A DNA stretch of 63,457 bases, counting the filler, from Octopus bimaculoides (taxonomy: Eukaryota), in the NCBI RefSeq assembly GCF_001194135.2. It is 6 parts of 4 records of this genome, joined end to end, with 100 filler letters (N's around TTAATTAATTAA, not from the genome) between each part and the next. Parts side by side here need not be neighbours in the genome. Positions count along the whole stretch, not along the records: positions 37,642 to 47,375 come from NC_068997.1; positions 47,476 to 53,646 come from NC_068993.1; 4 more parts are not named here. The stretch is one strand, 5' to 3'. How positions within the stretch are numbered: the stretch's first letter is position 1; each line of letters begins with the position of its first letter. The notes below the pieces were generated by a model. It searched no databases. It saw nothing but the letters and a program-made list of their open reading frames with translations, and was not told the origin of the DNA. Positions 39,864 to 53,220 of this stretch are shown here, piece after piece. Made by a program: the position numbers and the translations under genes.

Positions 39864-40234
39864 NNNNNNNNNNNNNNNNNNNNNNNNNNNNNNNNNNNNN
39901 NNNNNNNNNNNNNNNNNNNNNNNNNNNNNNNNNNNNNNNNNNNNNNNNNNNNNNNNNNNNNNNNNNNNNNNNNNNNNNNNNNNNNNNNNNNNNNNNNNNN
40001 NNNNNNNNNNNNNNNNNNNNNNNNNNNNNNNNNNNNNNNNNNNNNNNNNNNNNNNNNNNNNNNNNNNNNNNNNNNNNNNNNNNNNNNNNNNNNNNNNNNN
40101 NNNNNNNNNNNNNNNNNNNNNNNNNNNNNNNNNNNNNNNNNNNNNNNNNNNNNNNNNNNNNNNNNNNNNNNNNNNNNNNNNNNNNNNNNNNNNNNNNNNN
40201 NNNNNNNNNNNNNNNNNNNTATATACGTAGAAAA

Positions 40235-40700
40235 AAGGCCTGCCAGTTTATTTATCCACGTACTTTAGGCCCTCCTTTCTGCAACAATCCTCTCAGCCGT
40301 CCTTTGTGGTGTACGGTTTTTGTTATTCATCCTTTTCGTTCAATTCAACCTCACTATTTCCCACGCCATTTCGAACTTTGTGACTGCAGTGTATATATGA
40401 TCTTCAGATCCAAAGACCCCTGTCTCATTCATTCTGAAATCTTTGCCTGCAGCTGCTTCTTTAAACATCAGTTTGTTCACCCGCAACACTATTTCTTTAG
40501 ATGCATGTAGCTTATCTTTGCATATTACGGTTTCCAAATACAGATACCTTACTTCTTGGTTTATATTTAAATGTGCAAAATTACCACAGCGCCAAGCTAT
40601 ATATGACGATATCCTGCCACTTGAACTCTCTGAGCCACTACCAGAAACATTACACTGAGTTACAACTCGCTGGTGATCAATGTCTCGCTTTCTTCGTAAA
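40235..40700 (-). mobile_element. RTE-clade LINE ORF C-terminal remnant
   Basis: YIAWRCGNFAHLNINQEVR..LETVI..LHASKE..G..EDHI..KFEMAW pattern, resembling the RTE post-RT region. Confidence 0.65.
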
Positions 40701-42063
40701 CAATAACTGATCTTCCAGTATACTGTTATTTCTATCCGCCGTAAAAAACAGGGACGCTTTCCTCTTAGACATACATACATAGATACATCTACCTAAAGCT
40801 TTATACTTCATTCACTTTTTACTGTTGTACTCTTATACACTATATACATGCGAACATTGTATATACACCCATGATGAGCTTTCACACATTAATTACCAAC
40901 TTACATTTTTCCTCGCTCTCTCCACACAACTACTTAAACACAATTCCTCCATAAATCACTGCATTTACTTCCCCACTAATCTCCACATTTTTCCGCACGA
41001 CGCTATTTTGCTCACTCATATATGCGCCACCCACGAAAGTTTCTTTAAAACACTAAAAAACGCGTAAGCTTATTTCACACATTTTATTTATCATATTGTC
41101 TTCTGCTTCACAAACACACACACACACACACACACACACTATCACTCACACACACACATGCAACATGTCATGCCTGCTTCTCATCCTATGGTGTGTCAAA
41201 TCCCTGTGTCACGCTCACCTTCATAATTTCTTTTTATTAAAAGCAACTCCTACTCAGTATTATTTCCATTCTTCTTTTCAAAAACGATTCACCATGTAGC
41301 AAATAAATGTTTATTCTTCCATTTATATTTACATTAATTTTCTTTCTTCTGTTCTATTTTTTGCCTTGACGAAGTACCGATTTCCGAAATGNNNNNNNNN
41401 NNNNNNNNNNNNNNNNNNNNNNNNNNNNNNNNNNNNNNNNNNNNNNNNNNNNNNNNNNNNNNNNNNNNNNNNNNNNNNNNNNNNNNNNNNNNNNNNNNNN
41501 NNNNNNNNNNNNNNNNNNNNNNNNNNNNNNNNNNNNNNNNNNNNNNNNNNNNNNNNNNNNNNNNNNNNNNNNNNNNNNNNNNNNNNNNNNNNNNNNNNNN
41601 NNNNNNNNNNNNNNNNNNNNNNNNNNNNNNNNNNNNNNNNNNNNNNNNNNNNNNNNNNNNNNNNNNNNNNNNNNNNNNNNNNNNNNNNNNNNNNNNNNNN
41701 NNNNNNNNNNNNNNNNNNNNNNNNNNNNNNNNNNNNNNNNNNNNNNNNNNNNNNNNNNNNNNNNNNNNNNNNNNNNNNNNNNNNNNNNNNNNNNNNNNNN
41801 NNNNNNNNNNNNNNNNNNNNNNNNNNNNNNNNNNNNNNNNNNNNNNNNNNNNNNNNNNNNNNNNNNNNNNNNNNNNNNNNNNNNNNNNNNNNNNNNNNNN
41901 NNNNNNNNNNNNNNNNNNNNNNNNNNNNNNNNNNNNNNNNNNNNNNNNNNNNNNNNNNNNNNNNNNNNNNNNNNNNNNNNNNNNNNNNNNNNNNNNNNNN
42001 NNNNNNNNNNNNNNNNNNNNNNNNNNNNNNNNNNNNNNNNNNNNNNNNNNNNNNNNNNNNNNN

Positions 42064-42099
<36 letters not shown>

Positions 42100-42627
42100 C
42101 TATATGTATATATATAGATATATAGATATATATAGATATATATATATATATAGATATATATACACACACACATACATATGTATCCGTTGTCTGCAGATGA
42201 GAAGTCTGTAAATACATTTATATGTTCTGTTTGCTCCAGTCATTGGACTGCAGCACCGCGTGAAGATTTTTAAATATACATATATGTGGTTACAAATGTA
42301 TACATATACATATATATGCATATGTATATATATACATATATATATATATATATGTACGTATGTATATATATATGTATGTATATATATGTATATATATATA
42401 TATATATATATNNNNNNNNNNNNNNNNNNNNNNNNNNNNNNNNNNNNNNNNNNNNNNNNNNNNNNNNNNNNNNNNNNNNNNNNNNNNNNNNNNNNNNNNN
42501 NNNNNNNNNNNNNNNNNNNNNNNNNNNNNNNNNNNNNNNNNNNNNNNNNNNNNNNNNNNNNNNNNNNNNNNNNNNNNNNNNNNNNNNTTGTGTGTGTTTC
42601 TGTGTGTGTGTGTTTCTCTGTGTGTGT

Positions 42628-42671
<44 letters not shown>

Positions 42672-42719
42672 ATATGTATGTACAATTGAAAATTAATATG
42701 TCCCTGTGTATTTCACCAA

Positions 42720-42930
42720 CTTAAACAAGGAGACCCCCAGAAGAGTTGCAGGAGATTGCCAAGTCGTCTGGAAGCCGTGGTTGAAAGCAATGGCGATTTT
42801 ATTGAATAAATTTACTCTTTAGTATTTCAAGGTATTTTCATGTATTTTTGGTAAATATATCCATTAAAATGAGATGTCAGTGTTATTTTCATTCTTGCGT
42901 AGTTTAGACAATATATTCACCGCACCCTAT
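42720..42930 (+). mobile_element. 3' fragment of the same maT-like element
   Basis: NKET.QKSCRRLPSRLEAVVESNGDFIE*, ending caccgcacccta; reverse complement of the 36769-37000 segment. Confidence 0.88.
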
Positions 42931-42964
42931 ATATTTACACATATATATTCATACACCCTTTTTT

Positions 42965-43115
42965 TTTCTCCTTGTTTCTTTCTGTGTTCCTTTCTGTGGA
43001 AGAGCGTAGGCTCGAAACGTTAAAGACTTTTTCACTTCCCGAGCGTTATACTAATACAGCTGTTTGTTGTCTACACCACCTGTGTTCGTCCTTTTTTTTT
43101 TTGGTGAATTCTCCC
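42965..43115 (+). mobile_element. Penelope-type terminal repeat with hammerhead-like motif
   Basis: ctgtgga-a-GAGC-gtag-GCTC-GAAA-cgtta. The downstream tail (tgtttgttgt.tacac..tgt.ttcgt) recurs at ~61015-61070. Confidence 0.5.
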
Positions 43116-43154
<39 letters not shown>

Positions 43155-43206
43155 CATCAGGTGGTGCAATTGAGTTAGTTATCACCTGGGCCGATAATGG
43201 CTGAAA

Positions 43207-43243
<37 letters not shown>

Positions 43244-43299
43244 TATATAAACAGCAGGGCGCAATATAATACTATGAATGTAAGAATTCAATCGTCATT

Positions 43300-43730
43300 A
43301 AATGTACCTAAGCTTTCCTAAACACCTGCATTGTAAGAAATAGGAATATAATATTGTGCTGTAGGAAGAGCGCAAATCTGTACATATACGCTGACATGGG
43401 AAGGTTTCTTCCCATGTCAGCGTATATGTACAGATTTGCGCTCTTCCTACAGAGAAACCGGGTGACAATATGGAAGGGTTTCCAGAATTGGAATGGTTGT
43501 AGAAGAGTTGGCAAAACTTCTGTGTAACATCTGCTGTATCTGCATGAAGCAAAGTACCTGCACTGTTTATTTCACTTATTTGACCTGGATACCCTTGGAT
43601 CTGCGGGTTATCAAACACCAGTGAACTTCCTTTCCTTGTTGAAACAGTCAGTAATAGAATGGATGGTGTATCTATTGATTTGTATAATAGTGTCTCGCCA
43701 TCGAGATTAGTTTGCTTCACATTCATATGC
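43300..43730 (-). mobile_element. Helitron helicase remnant (internally deleted)
   Basis: NVKQTNLDGETLLYKSIDT (cf. LPGExxxYKSIDT) and, in another frame, RKSANLYIYA (cf. SRVGxxxNLYIYAP). Confidence 0.6.
43359..43452. repeat. Perfect inverted repeat, 45-bp stem with 4-nt loop
   Basis: 43359-43403 is the exact reverse complement of 43408-43452; the loop is gttt. Confidence 0.98.
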
Positions 43731-44873
43731 CTCGATCTTTAAAAAGAGCCCCTTCAATCGATATATTTGCATATAAATTGACATAAGCATACACACAAAA
43801 GTACGAGTGTGAAGGTACGTATGTATCTATGTATACAAATGAATTTATGAGCGGAAAAACTTCGACTATTAATGAAATAAAGGACTAAACGTCAAGTATA
43901 GTGACGAAGTAATATTTGAAAACGCTAGCAGCCAGGAAACTTGTGTGTGTGTTCGTACGTGCGCACGTGTGTGTATGTATATATACAGACATATATGCAT
44001 AAATATGTGTATGTATATATGGTTATAGATAGATATAGAGATAGAGAGACAGGCAGACAGACAGACAGACAGATAGATAGATAGATAAATAGATAAATTG
44101 ATAGATAGATAGATAGATAGATAGATAGTATTAGCAGCCGAATATTAACAAACCTGTCACGATATATACATATACATTTACATACCTCTCCATATATTTA
44201 CCTAGATACATTAATATGCATACACATACACGCATGCACATATACACACATGCAGACATACATACATACATACATACATACATACATACAAACATACAAA
44301 CATACATACATACATACATATATATATACATAACACTTCGATCCCTCTGGGTAGCATCATTAACATGAACACGTCTCATCCACTACAGCTTCACGTTGAA
44401 TTACTTGTAAATGGAATAATGGAATAATGGAATATGTTAGACGGAATCTGCACTGAAACCCGTCATATTTCTGTATATTGAAATGATTCATTTGACGGTA
44501 CGTGTTTCACAGTTAAAGCTAGACCAATAACGATACGATAATTAGATTAACTCGTATGTGCCTACACTGCAACGTCTCAAATGTATATGCGTTAATACAT
44601 ATATAAATATATATATGTGCATGTACGTATGTGTGTAAGTATGTTTGTGTGTAAGTGTGTGTGTCCTTGATTGTGCGTGCATATATGTACAATTACACAC
44701 GTATTGCAACGCTGGGTCCAAATAATTTGTACTGCATTCAATTAGTTTTAGGATCGAACCTGGGGCATGCATTATGTTCAAGTTAAAACTGATCTTATCA
44801 CTGATCGACCGCAAAAGTTGATGGTAGAAGACTGCCATATATGTTTGTGTATGTGCATACAAATATACTTAGG

Positions 44874-44915
<42 letters not shown>

Positions 44916-46755
44916 AAGAAAGGGAGAGATAGACAGACACAGATAAATTTACCTTATTTATATTTTTATTTCCTCAATCATCTCTATTTTTACTTTATTT
45001 ATTGTTCTAGTTTTATTTATTTTAATTTATCCCTAATCATTTTGTTATCAATCTGTAAACCCTTCCCACGAGCATATATTAATAATACAAATTATAAACC
45101 GTAATATTTAGTCTGCTGAAATGAATTGATTGGTCCACACATAACATCTCAACATACGTCTCTTTTCCTCTGATGAAACCGGGAAACCTGTTCTCATGCA
45201 TCTGGCATGGTTCGAGAAGGAATCATTTATTATATATATATATATGGGGATGTTTTGTGAGAACATCAATTGTTTTGCCATTTAATCACTGACAGAACAA
45301 GTAACCTTCAACAATTCTAGACAATAGCACAAGTAACCACATGCACTCGGCCACCCGTACGTACATATTCATATGTATCTCCGAAGAAATGTCAAATTCT
45401 AACGAAATACAGATTGACCCAGACACAAATGCACGCAGACTTGTTTGTCCAAAACATCCCATGAACAATACATATTGCAGAAAACAGTCCACCTAAAAAT
45501 ATTCAATCTTGAAACGAAACATTCATTAGAAATATAGTTAATTGCTTAATTACTTTTTTTGAAATAAACTGTTACAAATTAAACTATTTAAAAAATTCAA
45601 TTAGAAGAGAAACTACCCATATATCTACATATACACAAGAAAAATAAGTTAAAAAAATATTAACAAAGATAAATAAAAACAAAAAAATATATAAACAAAA
45701 CAACCAACAGCGACTTGCCAACAAATCATAAACGAATTATTAACAATCTGCATCTACCACTGTATGAAGGAAACGCCACACCGCAGAAATGAGACACAGA
45801 ACCAATGAAAAACCAATGNNNNNNNNNNNNNNNNNNNNNNNNNNNNNNNNNNNNNNNNNNNNNNNNNNNNNNNNNNNNNNNNNNNNNNNNNNNNNNNNNN
45901 NNNNNNNNNNNNNNNNNNNNNNNNNNNNNNNNNNNNNNNNNNNNNNNNNNNNNNNNNNNNNNNNNNNNNNNNNNNNNNNNNNNNNNNNNNNNNNNNNNNN
46001 NNNNNNNNNNNNNNNNNNNNNNNNNNNNNNNNNNNNNNNNNNNNNNNNNNNNNNNNNNNNNNNNNNNNNNNNNNNNNNNNNNNNNNNNNNNNNNNNNNNN
46101 NNNNNNNNNNNNNNNNNNNNNNNNNNNNNNNNNNNNNNNNNNNNNNNNNNNNNNNNNNNNNNNNNNNNNNNNNNNNNNNNNNNNNNNNNNNNNNNNNNNN
46201 NNNNNNNNNNNNNNNNNNNNNNNNNNNNNNNNNNNNNNNNNNNNNNNNNNNNNNNNNNNNNNNNNNNNNNNNNNNNNNNNNNNNNNNNNNNNNNNNNNNN
46301 NNNNNNNNNNNNNNNNNNNNNNNNNNNNNNNNNNNNNNNNNNNNNNNNNNNNNNNNNNNNNNNNNNNNNNNNNNNNNNNNNNNNNNNNNNNNNNNNNNNN
46401 NNNNNNNNNNNNNNNNNNNNNNNNNNNNNNNNNNNNNNNNNNNNNNNNNNNNNNNNNNNNNNNNNNNNNNNNNNNNNNNNNNNNNNNNNNNNNNNNNNNN
46501 NNNNNNNNNNNNNNNNNNNNNNNTATAATAATAGTTATGTATGTGTTTTTTCGTGTTTTGTTCGAAAGGTAACCACTCCTGAAGAAGTGCCAAACGTCTA
46601 AATCCAATGGACCAGTCACTGGATAAGTTTGGCACAGAAATGTTAGCATAGAGTGGTGAATAAATCGATATATCGAATTTGAAGTCTGTGTCTCTTTTGA
46701 ATATGAAAATTTAAAAGTTTAAAAACCTTATGATATATATATATATATATATATA

Positions 46756-47375
46756 CTAGCAGCTAAGCACGGTTTCACCAGGTCGGTTTGGATGATGCGG
46801 CTGTAAAACCTGCTCTGTGTAAGCATTCAACTTGTTTGGGGGCGCTTACGTTAAAAATCAATTTTAGAATGACATTTTTTTCCTGTCAAAACGCTAAAAA
46901 TGACTAACCAACAAAAAAAAGACAACCAAGATTCAACCAAATCAAAACATGAACCCAAACACTTAGTGAGCAATGAACCATCCCACTTCCATTGCGCGCA
47001 CACCCACAGACACACACATTCACATACCCCTCTTTTACATACACACACACATATTCACACAGAGTTGAAACGCTGTTTGATTTATTTTTTCAGCATACAC
47101 TACCAAGTACGACATCACCCCTTCCTTCCTTAATCACCTACCACCCCTTCTTTCTCATTCACAAACACAAGAGTATTATTATAGTAGATTATCTCGGTAA
47201 CCATGGGAGCCATGAAAAAAAAATTCAAAGCCTAACATCACCACCGGATCATTTTACACATCTGTGTAATTTTTCACGCAATTCCACCCAGCCGTTTGAC
47301 CGTAAATTACGCACAAATACAAATAACAGGACATAACAACAGGTGTCCTTCGACTAAGGACAAAGTATATGTATA
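46756..47375 (-). mobile_element. Probable non-autonomous Helitron-like element
   Basis: 3' end on the minus strand, gacctggtgaaaccgtgc..ctgCTAG|T (degenerate hairpin plus CTAG), inserted at a TA run; the 5' end is lost at the scaffold join. Confidence 0.5.
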
Positions 47376-47419
47376 NNNNNNNNNNNNNNNNNNNNNNNNN
47401 NNNNNNNNNNNNNNNNNNN

Positions 47420-47431
47420 TTAATTAATTAA
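47420..47431. other. Artificial scaffold-join linker
   Basis: 44N-TTAATTAATTAA-44N. Confidence 0.95.
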
Positions 47432-48159
47432 NNNNNNNNNNNNNNNNNNNNNNNNNNNNNNNNNNNNNNNNNNNNCATAGCCCTCAATACAGGGAATCTT
47501 TAAAGGATCGTGACGTATCAAATTGAAGCATGTCGCAATCGTTTGCTTCACAAAATGACACCAAACAGACAGTTAAGTTAACCATTATCGTATCACGGAA
47601 TATCTTACTGAAAAAGAAGTCACTATCGTTACGTAATCCACAAATACAATACTATCTAAAAATATCCAATAAAAGCAGACGAATGGATCATGTGGCGTTG
47701 CAACAAGTCGTTCGCGATGCTTCTTCATTGTAACGTAAGCACAGTACAGTGATATATACCGCATGGATAATGTACATAATATTGCGTAATATGTGATGCC
47801 AATCTCCAATCGTCAGACTTACCAAATGAATAACGAGCAATGCTATTTTAATGAATGATGATATTACCAACAAATGAAACTTGTAATCATATTTACCAAT
47901 GCTTAAAAAAGAAATGTCATTTGGGTGTCAATGGACGAGAGTGGGTATCGGAAGGAAGTTGAAAATTAAACGGAAGTTAGAAGCATTCGCATGTCATAAA
48001 ACTTAGCATCCTTGTTCAGAAAGCGTAGTAGAGTGAGAACGTGTTTTTATACCAGCAGATGGCCGGCACCAAGCATGACATTTGCTTCCATCAAAAGCTC
48101 TTCAAAGATGGCCGTCGACATGGTTATGTATGTATGCATATATGGATAAGCGTATACAT

Positions 48160-48350
48160 ACATGGCGGAGGTGTGTCGCTTTGTGGATAGTATGTTGGAC
48201 TCACGATTGTGGTTTCGATTACTGGACCGGGCGACGTGTTATGTTCTTGAGCAAAACTCTTCATTTTATGTTGCTCCAAACTACTAGGCTAGCAAAAATG
48301 AGTAACCCTACGCCATGGAAGCCGGGAAACTGGCCCTATGAGTCAATATA
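48160..48350 (+). mobile_element. Degenerate CORE-like SINE
   Basis: tRNA-like ggtttcgatt..ccgg followed by cttgagcaaaactcttcatttt..ttgctcca..aaaatgagta. Confidence 0.5.
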
Positions 48351-48442
48351 ACCCGGGAAAGAACATAACGTTACACTTTACTATACATACATGCATACAT
48401 ACACAGACACGTATATGAGTGTGAAACGTATATAAGTGTATA

Positions 48443-48670
48443 AGGCGGGGAGCTGGCAGAAACGTTAGCACGCCGGGCGAAATGCTTAACGGTATTTCGT
48501 CTGCCGTTCTGAGTTCAAATTCCGCCGAGGTCCACTTTGCCTTTCATCCTTTCGGGATTGATAAATAAAGTTCCAGTTACGCACTGGCGTCGATGTAGTT
48601 GACTTAATCCCTTTGTCTGTCCTTGTTTATCTCCTCTATGTTTTGCCCCTTGTGGGCAATAACAAAAGAA
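48443..48670 (+). mobile_element. SINE family B, full-length
   Basis: gagctggcagaaacgttagcacgccgggcgaaatgct..gagttcaaattccgccgaggt..ccttcatcctttcggg; near-identical to 59762-59985. Confidence 0.93.
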
Positions 48671-49259
48671 GAAACGTATACGAGTATACGTGCGTGGTGG
48701 GGGTGTAATATAATTCTGAAAACGAAGAATGAATTTATACACACTTCTAAGATTATCTAATAATAAAGATGTACTAAAATAGTTCTTCCCTTTCTTCTAT
48801 TAATGTTATTCGTCGTAAATTTCACATATTGTCTTCAAAGCTTTGTACCAGAAAACTCGGCAGGGGTTTATTTCAGTAAAGCCGTAAAAACTTCACAAGC
48901 ATTTACTCAGATCTCTCATCACGAGGGACTGCGATAAAGAGACAAATGAAAACATATACAGACGCATATATATCTAAAACTTTGTCATTATTAGAGTTTA
49001 TACATCAGCATATGTACACAAAAATAACAGAACACTGACCATGGGCATATCAACAGATGTTTTGTCTTGCATTATTCCTAATTTCTCTTTTGATATTTTG
49101 ATAATCGATGAACTCTGAAAGAATAAAAGGCAATGTGGTCTTCAGAAAGATATAAAATTAGGGCGCAAGACGCTGGAGCAAATAACTTGCTACACACTAA
49201 AATTTCAACTAACGAATCTATTTCACTGCCGGTAAAATAGTCACGCTTTCAGCAATCCG

Positions 49260-49545
49260 TCCATCCGTCCACCCATCCATCCGTCCGTCCATCCGTTCAT
49301 TCATCCATCCGTCCAACCATCCATCTATCTGCCGGCAAAATAGTGATGCTTTCAGCAATCCGTCCATCCCTCAATCCATCCCTCCATCCATCCATCCACC
49401 CGTACGTCCGTCCGTCCGTCAGTCCGTCCGTTCATCCGTCCGTTCATCCATCCTCCGTCCGTCCATCCATCCATCTGTCCGTCCGTCTGTCCATCCATCC
49501 ATCCATCTATCCATCCATCCATCCATCCATTCATCCGTCATCTAC
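49260..49545 (+). repeat. (TCCA/TCCG)n microsatellite containing a ~103-bp duplication
   Basis: gccgg.aaaatagt.a.gctttcagcaatccgtccatcc occurs at ~49228 and ~49331. Confidence 0.85.
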
Positions 49546-49639
49546 CCCCGACATATACGTGCAAATATGCATGCTACATACATATCCATGTGTGCGCTAG
49601 TTCTTCATTTTATTATGATGGGAAAAACATATCCTATAT

Positions 49640-49970
49640 GTATAGTAATATAGGTGTAAAAAGGTTGAACGTAGATTTGTCCTTTAATTTGGAGGTTTCC
49701 AGAAAGATTTCTAATGTTGATTCTTCATATTTTGCTGGTAGTTTACAGGCGGAAGTTTGCGAATATAAAAATACTACAAGTATAGGATGTGTGATCAATT
49801 TATGGAAAGAATTCCCATAAAACTCATCCATTTCGTTAAAAATGGAGAAGACAAGTTGTTAAAATATATAAGAGAATTGTAAAATTCTCATATATTTTAA
49901 CATGTCTTCTCCATTTTTAACAAAATTGATCGATTTTATGGGATTTCTTTCCAAAAATTCAACACACATC
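49640..49970. repeat. Unclassified repeat copy 2, ending in a ~185-bp imperfect hairpin
   Basis: Homologous to 18285-18530; 49786-49878 is approximately the reverse complement of 49883-49970. Confidence 0.8.
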
Positions 49971-50204
49971 ATATATATATGTATATATATGGATGAAAAC
50001 TGGCTGATTCAAGCTCCTTGGTAAAGTGAGTTTCAAACGTGATGCTAGTCTTCGGCCATAGGAATTTGAATTAGAGGTCGTTTTAGATTAGCATCACGCT
50101 CGGGACACAGAACACCAATGGGTTTGAATAAAACTGTTTTGATCCATACATGTAACTGCCAATAAATATGTGTATATACATATATTTACTATTTTACTAT
50201 TTTA

Positions 50205-50402
50205 CTCTTTTACGTGTTTCAGTCATTTGACTGCGGCCATGCTGGACCACCGCCTTTAGTCGAGCAAATAGACCCCAGGACTTATTCTTTGTAAGCCTAG
50301 TACTTATTCTATAGGGCACTTTTGCCGAACCGCTAAGTTACGGGGATATAAACACACCAGCATCGGTTTCTAAGCGATGCAAGGAGTGGGAGACAAACAC
50401 AG

Positions 50403-50443
<41 letters not shown>

Positions 50444-50642
50444 CACATACACACACACACACCCACATATATACATATATACGACGGGCTTCTTGCAGTT
50501 TTCATCTACCAAATCTACTCACAAGGCTTTGGTTTGCCCGAGGCTATAGTAGAAGACAGTTGCTTGCCCAAGGTGCTACGCAGTGGGACTGAACCCGGAG
50601 CCATGTGGTTGGTAAGCAAGCTACTTCCCACACAGCCACTCC
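50205..50642 (-). mobile_element. SINE family A, full-length
   Basis: tRNA-like head (minus strand: gagtggctgtgtgg..ggttcagtccc), (CA)/(TA) middle and conserved 3' tail. Confidence 0.93.
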
Positions 50643-51104
50643 TGTAAATATATACACACACACACACACGCATAAATATACATAATTCATATGTATATTG
50701 TGTGTTTGTGTGTAAGGTGAAGTGGGGATTAAATAAATCCAGCTGAATTCCTCTGTCACAATTCCATGCGAATAAAGGCCGTTTACTGAATGTCAAGGGA
50801 AAACAAAGAGAATCTGCATTCGTTTAATCTGCTCGGTGTTCCGGTACAAGTTGCAATACCGATCTATCGCAGTTTAAGATATCAAACATACGAAACAATG
50901 AAAACGATGACGTGGCATAACCTTATTAAAGGTTGTAATCGTTTCGAAAGTCAGTGTGACCCTTTGCTCCACTTACTGGCATTGGCATCTGCAATTTTAG
51001 TAACTGTTATTGTTAGTGTTAAATTTATTTATTTATTAGTTTACTCCTTGCTATCTCACCATGTGAGTTAAAGTAATTTTATATTGAATATTTTGAGATT
51101 TTTT

Positions 51105-51487
51105 CTTTCTTTTACTTCTTTCAGTCATTTGACTGCGGCCATGCTGGAGCACCACCTTTTAATCGAACAAATCGACCCCAGCACTTGTTCTTTGTAAGCC
51201 TAGTACTTGTTCTATCGATTTCTTTTGCTGACCCGCTAAATTATGGGGCATAAACTCTCCAGCATCAGTTGTCAAGCGATGGTGGGGAGGACAACACAGA
51301 CACACATATACACACATATATATATATATACACGATGGGCTTCTTTCAGTTTCCGTCTTCCAAATCCACTTACAAGGCTTTGGTCAGCCCGAGGCTATAG
51401 TAGAAGGCAATTACTCAAGATGCCACGCAGGGGAACTGAACCTAGAACCATGTGGTTGGGAAGCAAGCTTCTTAACACACTGCCACG
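51105..51487 (-). mobile_element. SINE family A, full-length
   Basis: Same head-spacer-tail structure as 50205-50642. Confidence 0.92.
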
Positions 51488-51968
51488 AATCTTTTATCTT
51501 AACTATTACTTGTTCCAGTCAGACTGTGGCCATGATGTCACACCACCTTGAAGAATTTTTTGGAACGTATCGACCTAAGTAATTACGTTTTAAGCCTTGT
51601 ACTTATTCTATCATTTTCAGTTGCGATGTGAACACGGAACGATGCGGTTGCGAGGCGAATATTTTACCACGTAACCACGTCTGCGCTTATGATTAATATA
51701 TATATAGACCAAGTGTAACCTAATTCACACGTAAAAGTAGACAAACCTATTTACAAAGGGACATTGGAATATTGATGTGTATGCGTATGCGTGTATGTGT
51801 GTGTGAGTGTTTGTGCGCGTAATTTTCTCTTGGGGACCGTGGATTTTCGGTAAACATCGCACATTCTTCATAGACAGTGAAGGGAGTGGGAGTGTACAGC
51901 AGTTTTATTTCTAAGACTGTTCTGTTTTGTGGACAAAGTGTTTCAACACGATGAGTATATATCTGGAG

Positions 51969-52056
<88 letters not shown>

Positions 52057-53014
52057 TCACACACACATAATTAGAATATTATGTAATTTTCTTCTAACTT
52101 TGGCTGTAGTGTTAGTATTCTGTTCTCACCACCTATAAATACTATGTTGTTTTTCTTAAAATTCCACCAAAATATCAACCAAAAATTAATGTAGACTCGT
52201 AAATACATACGTGCATATGTACGTATCTGTTTGCTGATGTATATCTCAGCTCAACTTATGTACATATACATGTGAGCCAGTGTGCGCATGTGCGGCTAGA
52301 TGCGGATATATATTTATGTATGTGTGCACGCACAAGTTTACGCATATGAATATGTGAATATATAAATATGGATGAATAAAGAGAAAATAGCAGAGCAAAT
52401 GATAAATATAGAGAAACCTAGACAAAAAGAGACAACATCTGCTCCGCGTGTTTTCTTTAAATATATTTTTGTGTGTACGTGTGTGTGTGTGTGCATGTGT
52501 GTTTGGATGTATGTGTGTGCGTGTTTGTGTGAATCTGTGTATGCTTAGGTGTAGTTTTTTTAATTCAAGCTTAAGTATCTATGCATGTTTGTATATGTAG
52601 TTGAATGATTACATATGTGTTTGCTTATATATATATACATATATATATATATATGTATGTATGTATGTATGTTTGCGTACATTTGTGTATGTGTCTGGTG
52701 TGCCTGCCTGCGTGCGTGTGTGTATGAGAGTGTGTGCGTGTTTGTATTATAAAGTCGTTCTTAGAATTTCCAAACCAGATGGATATAATGTTTGACTTGG
52801 CGTGAAGAATACTACAAACTGATTTTTACTATAATCCTCACGTTCTGAAATGAATATCCAATATGATATAACATGATCATAACAATATTTAAGTATTCAT
52901 AATATTTATAAACCATATTTAAGTGGTGGAAATGTGGAAAACGAAACCGATAATTAACTATGATTAAAACGGTTCTTTAGTTGTAGAAAAGAATATTTTA
53001 ATAAGTGAAGTACA

Positions 53015-53220
53015 TATTTGGTTGGAGCATAATTATTGCGGCTTTTTTTCAACAAATTTTATTCAACAAAAACAATCATATTTAACAAAAAACGTCTTTA
53101 AATGACGGTCTGATCGTTTGCCAAGCAAATGGCAAGCAGTAATTGAAGTAGATAGTGAATATGCTCCGGAATAACCATTTAAAGATGTCTTTGTTACATG
53201 TTGTTATTGTTTTTGTTGAC
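53015..53220 (+). mobile_element. Small mariner deletion derivative (MITE-like)
   Basis: Inverted repeats (tcaacaaaaacaat..tttaaatga ~53063-53104 versus catttaaa..attgtttttgttga ~53176-53219) flank DRLPSKWQAVIEVDSEYAPE*, a transposase C-terminus. Confidence 0.75.

Noticed and set aside
45160-45225. Hammerhead at ctgatgaaaccgggaaac
   Set aside because: Stems I and II do not pair properly, and gaaaccgggaaac also occurs in an unrelated repeat at ~53235.
45395-45490. Antistasin-like CNMYCSWDVLDKQVC on the minus strand
   Set aside because: Cysteine spacing is wrong, the conserved glycines are missing and there is no supporting second exon.
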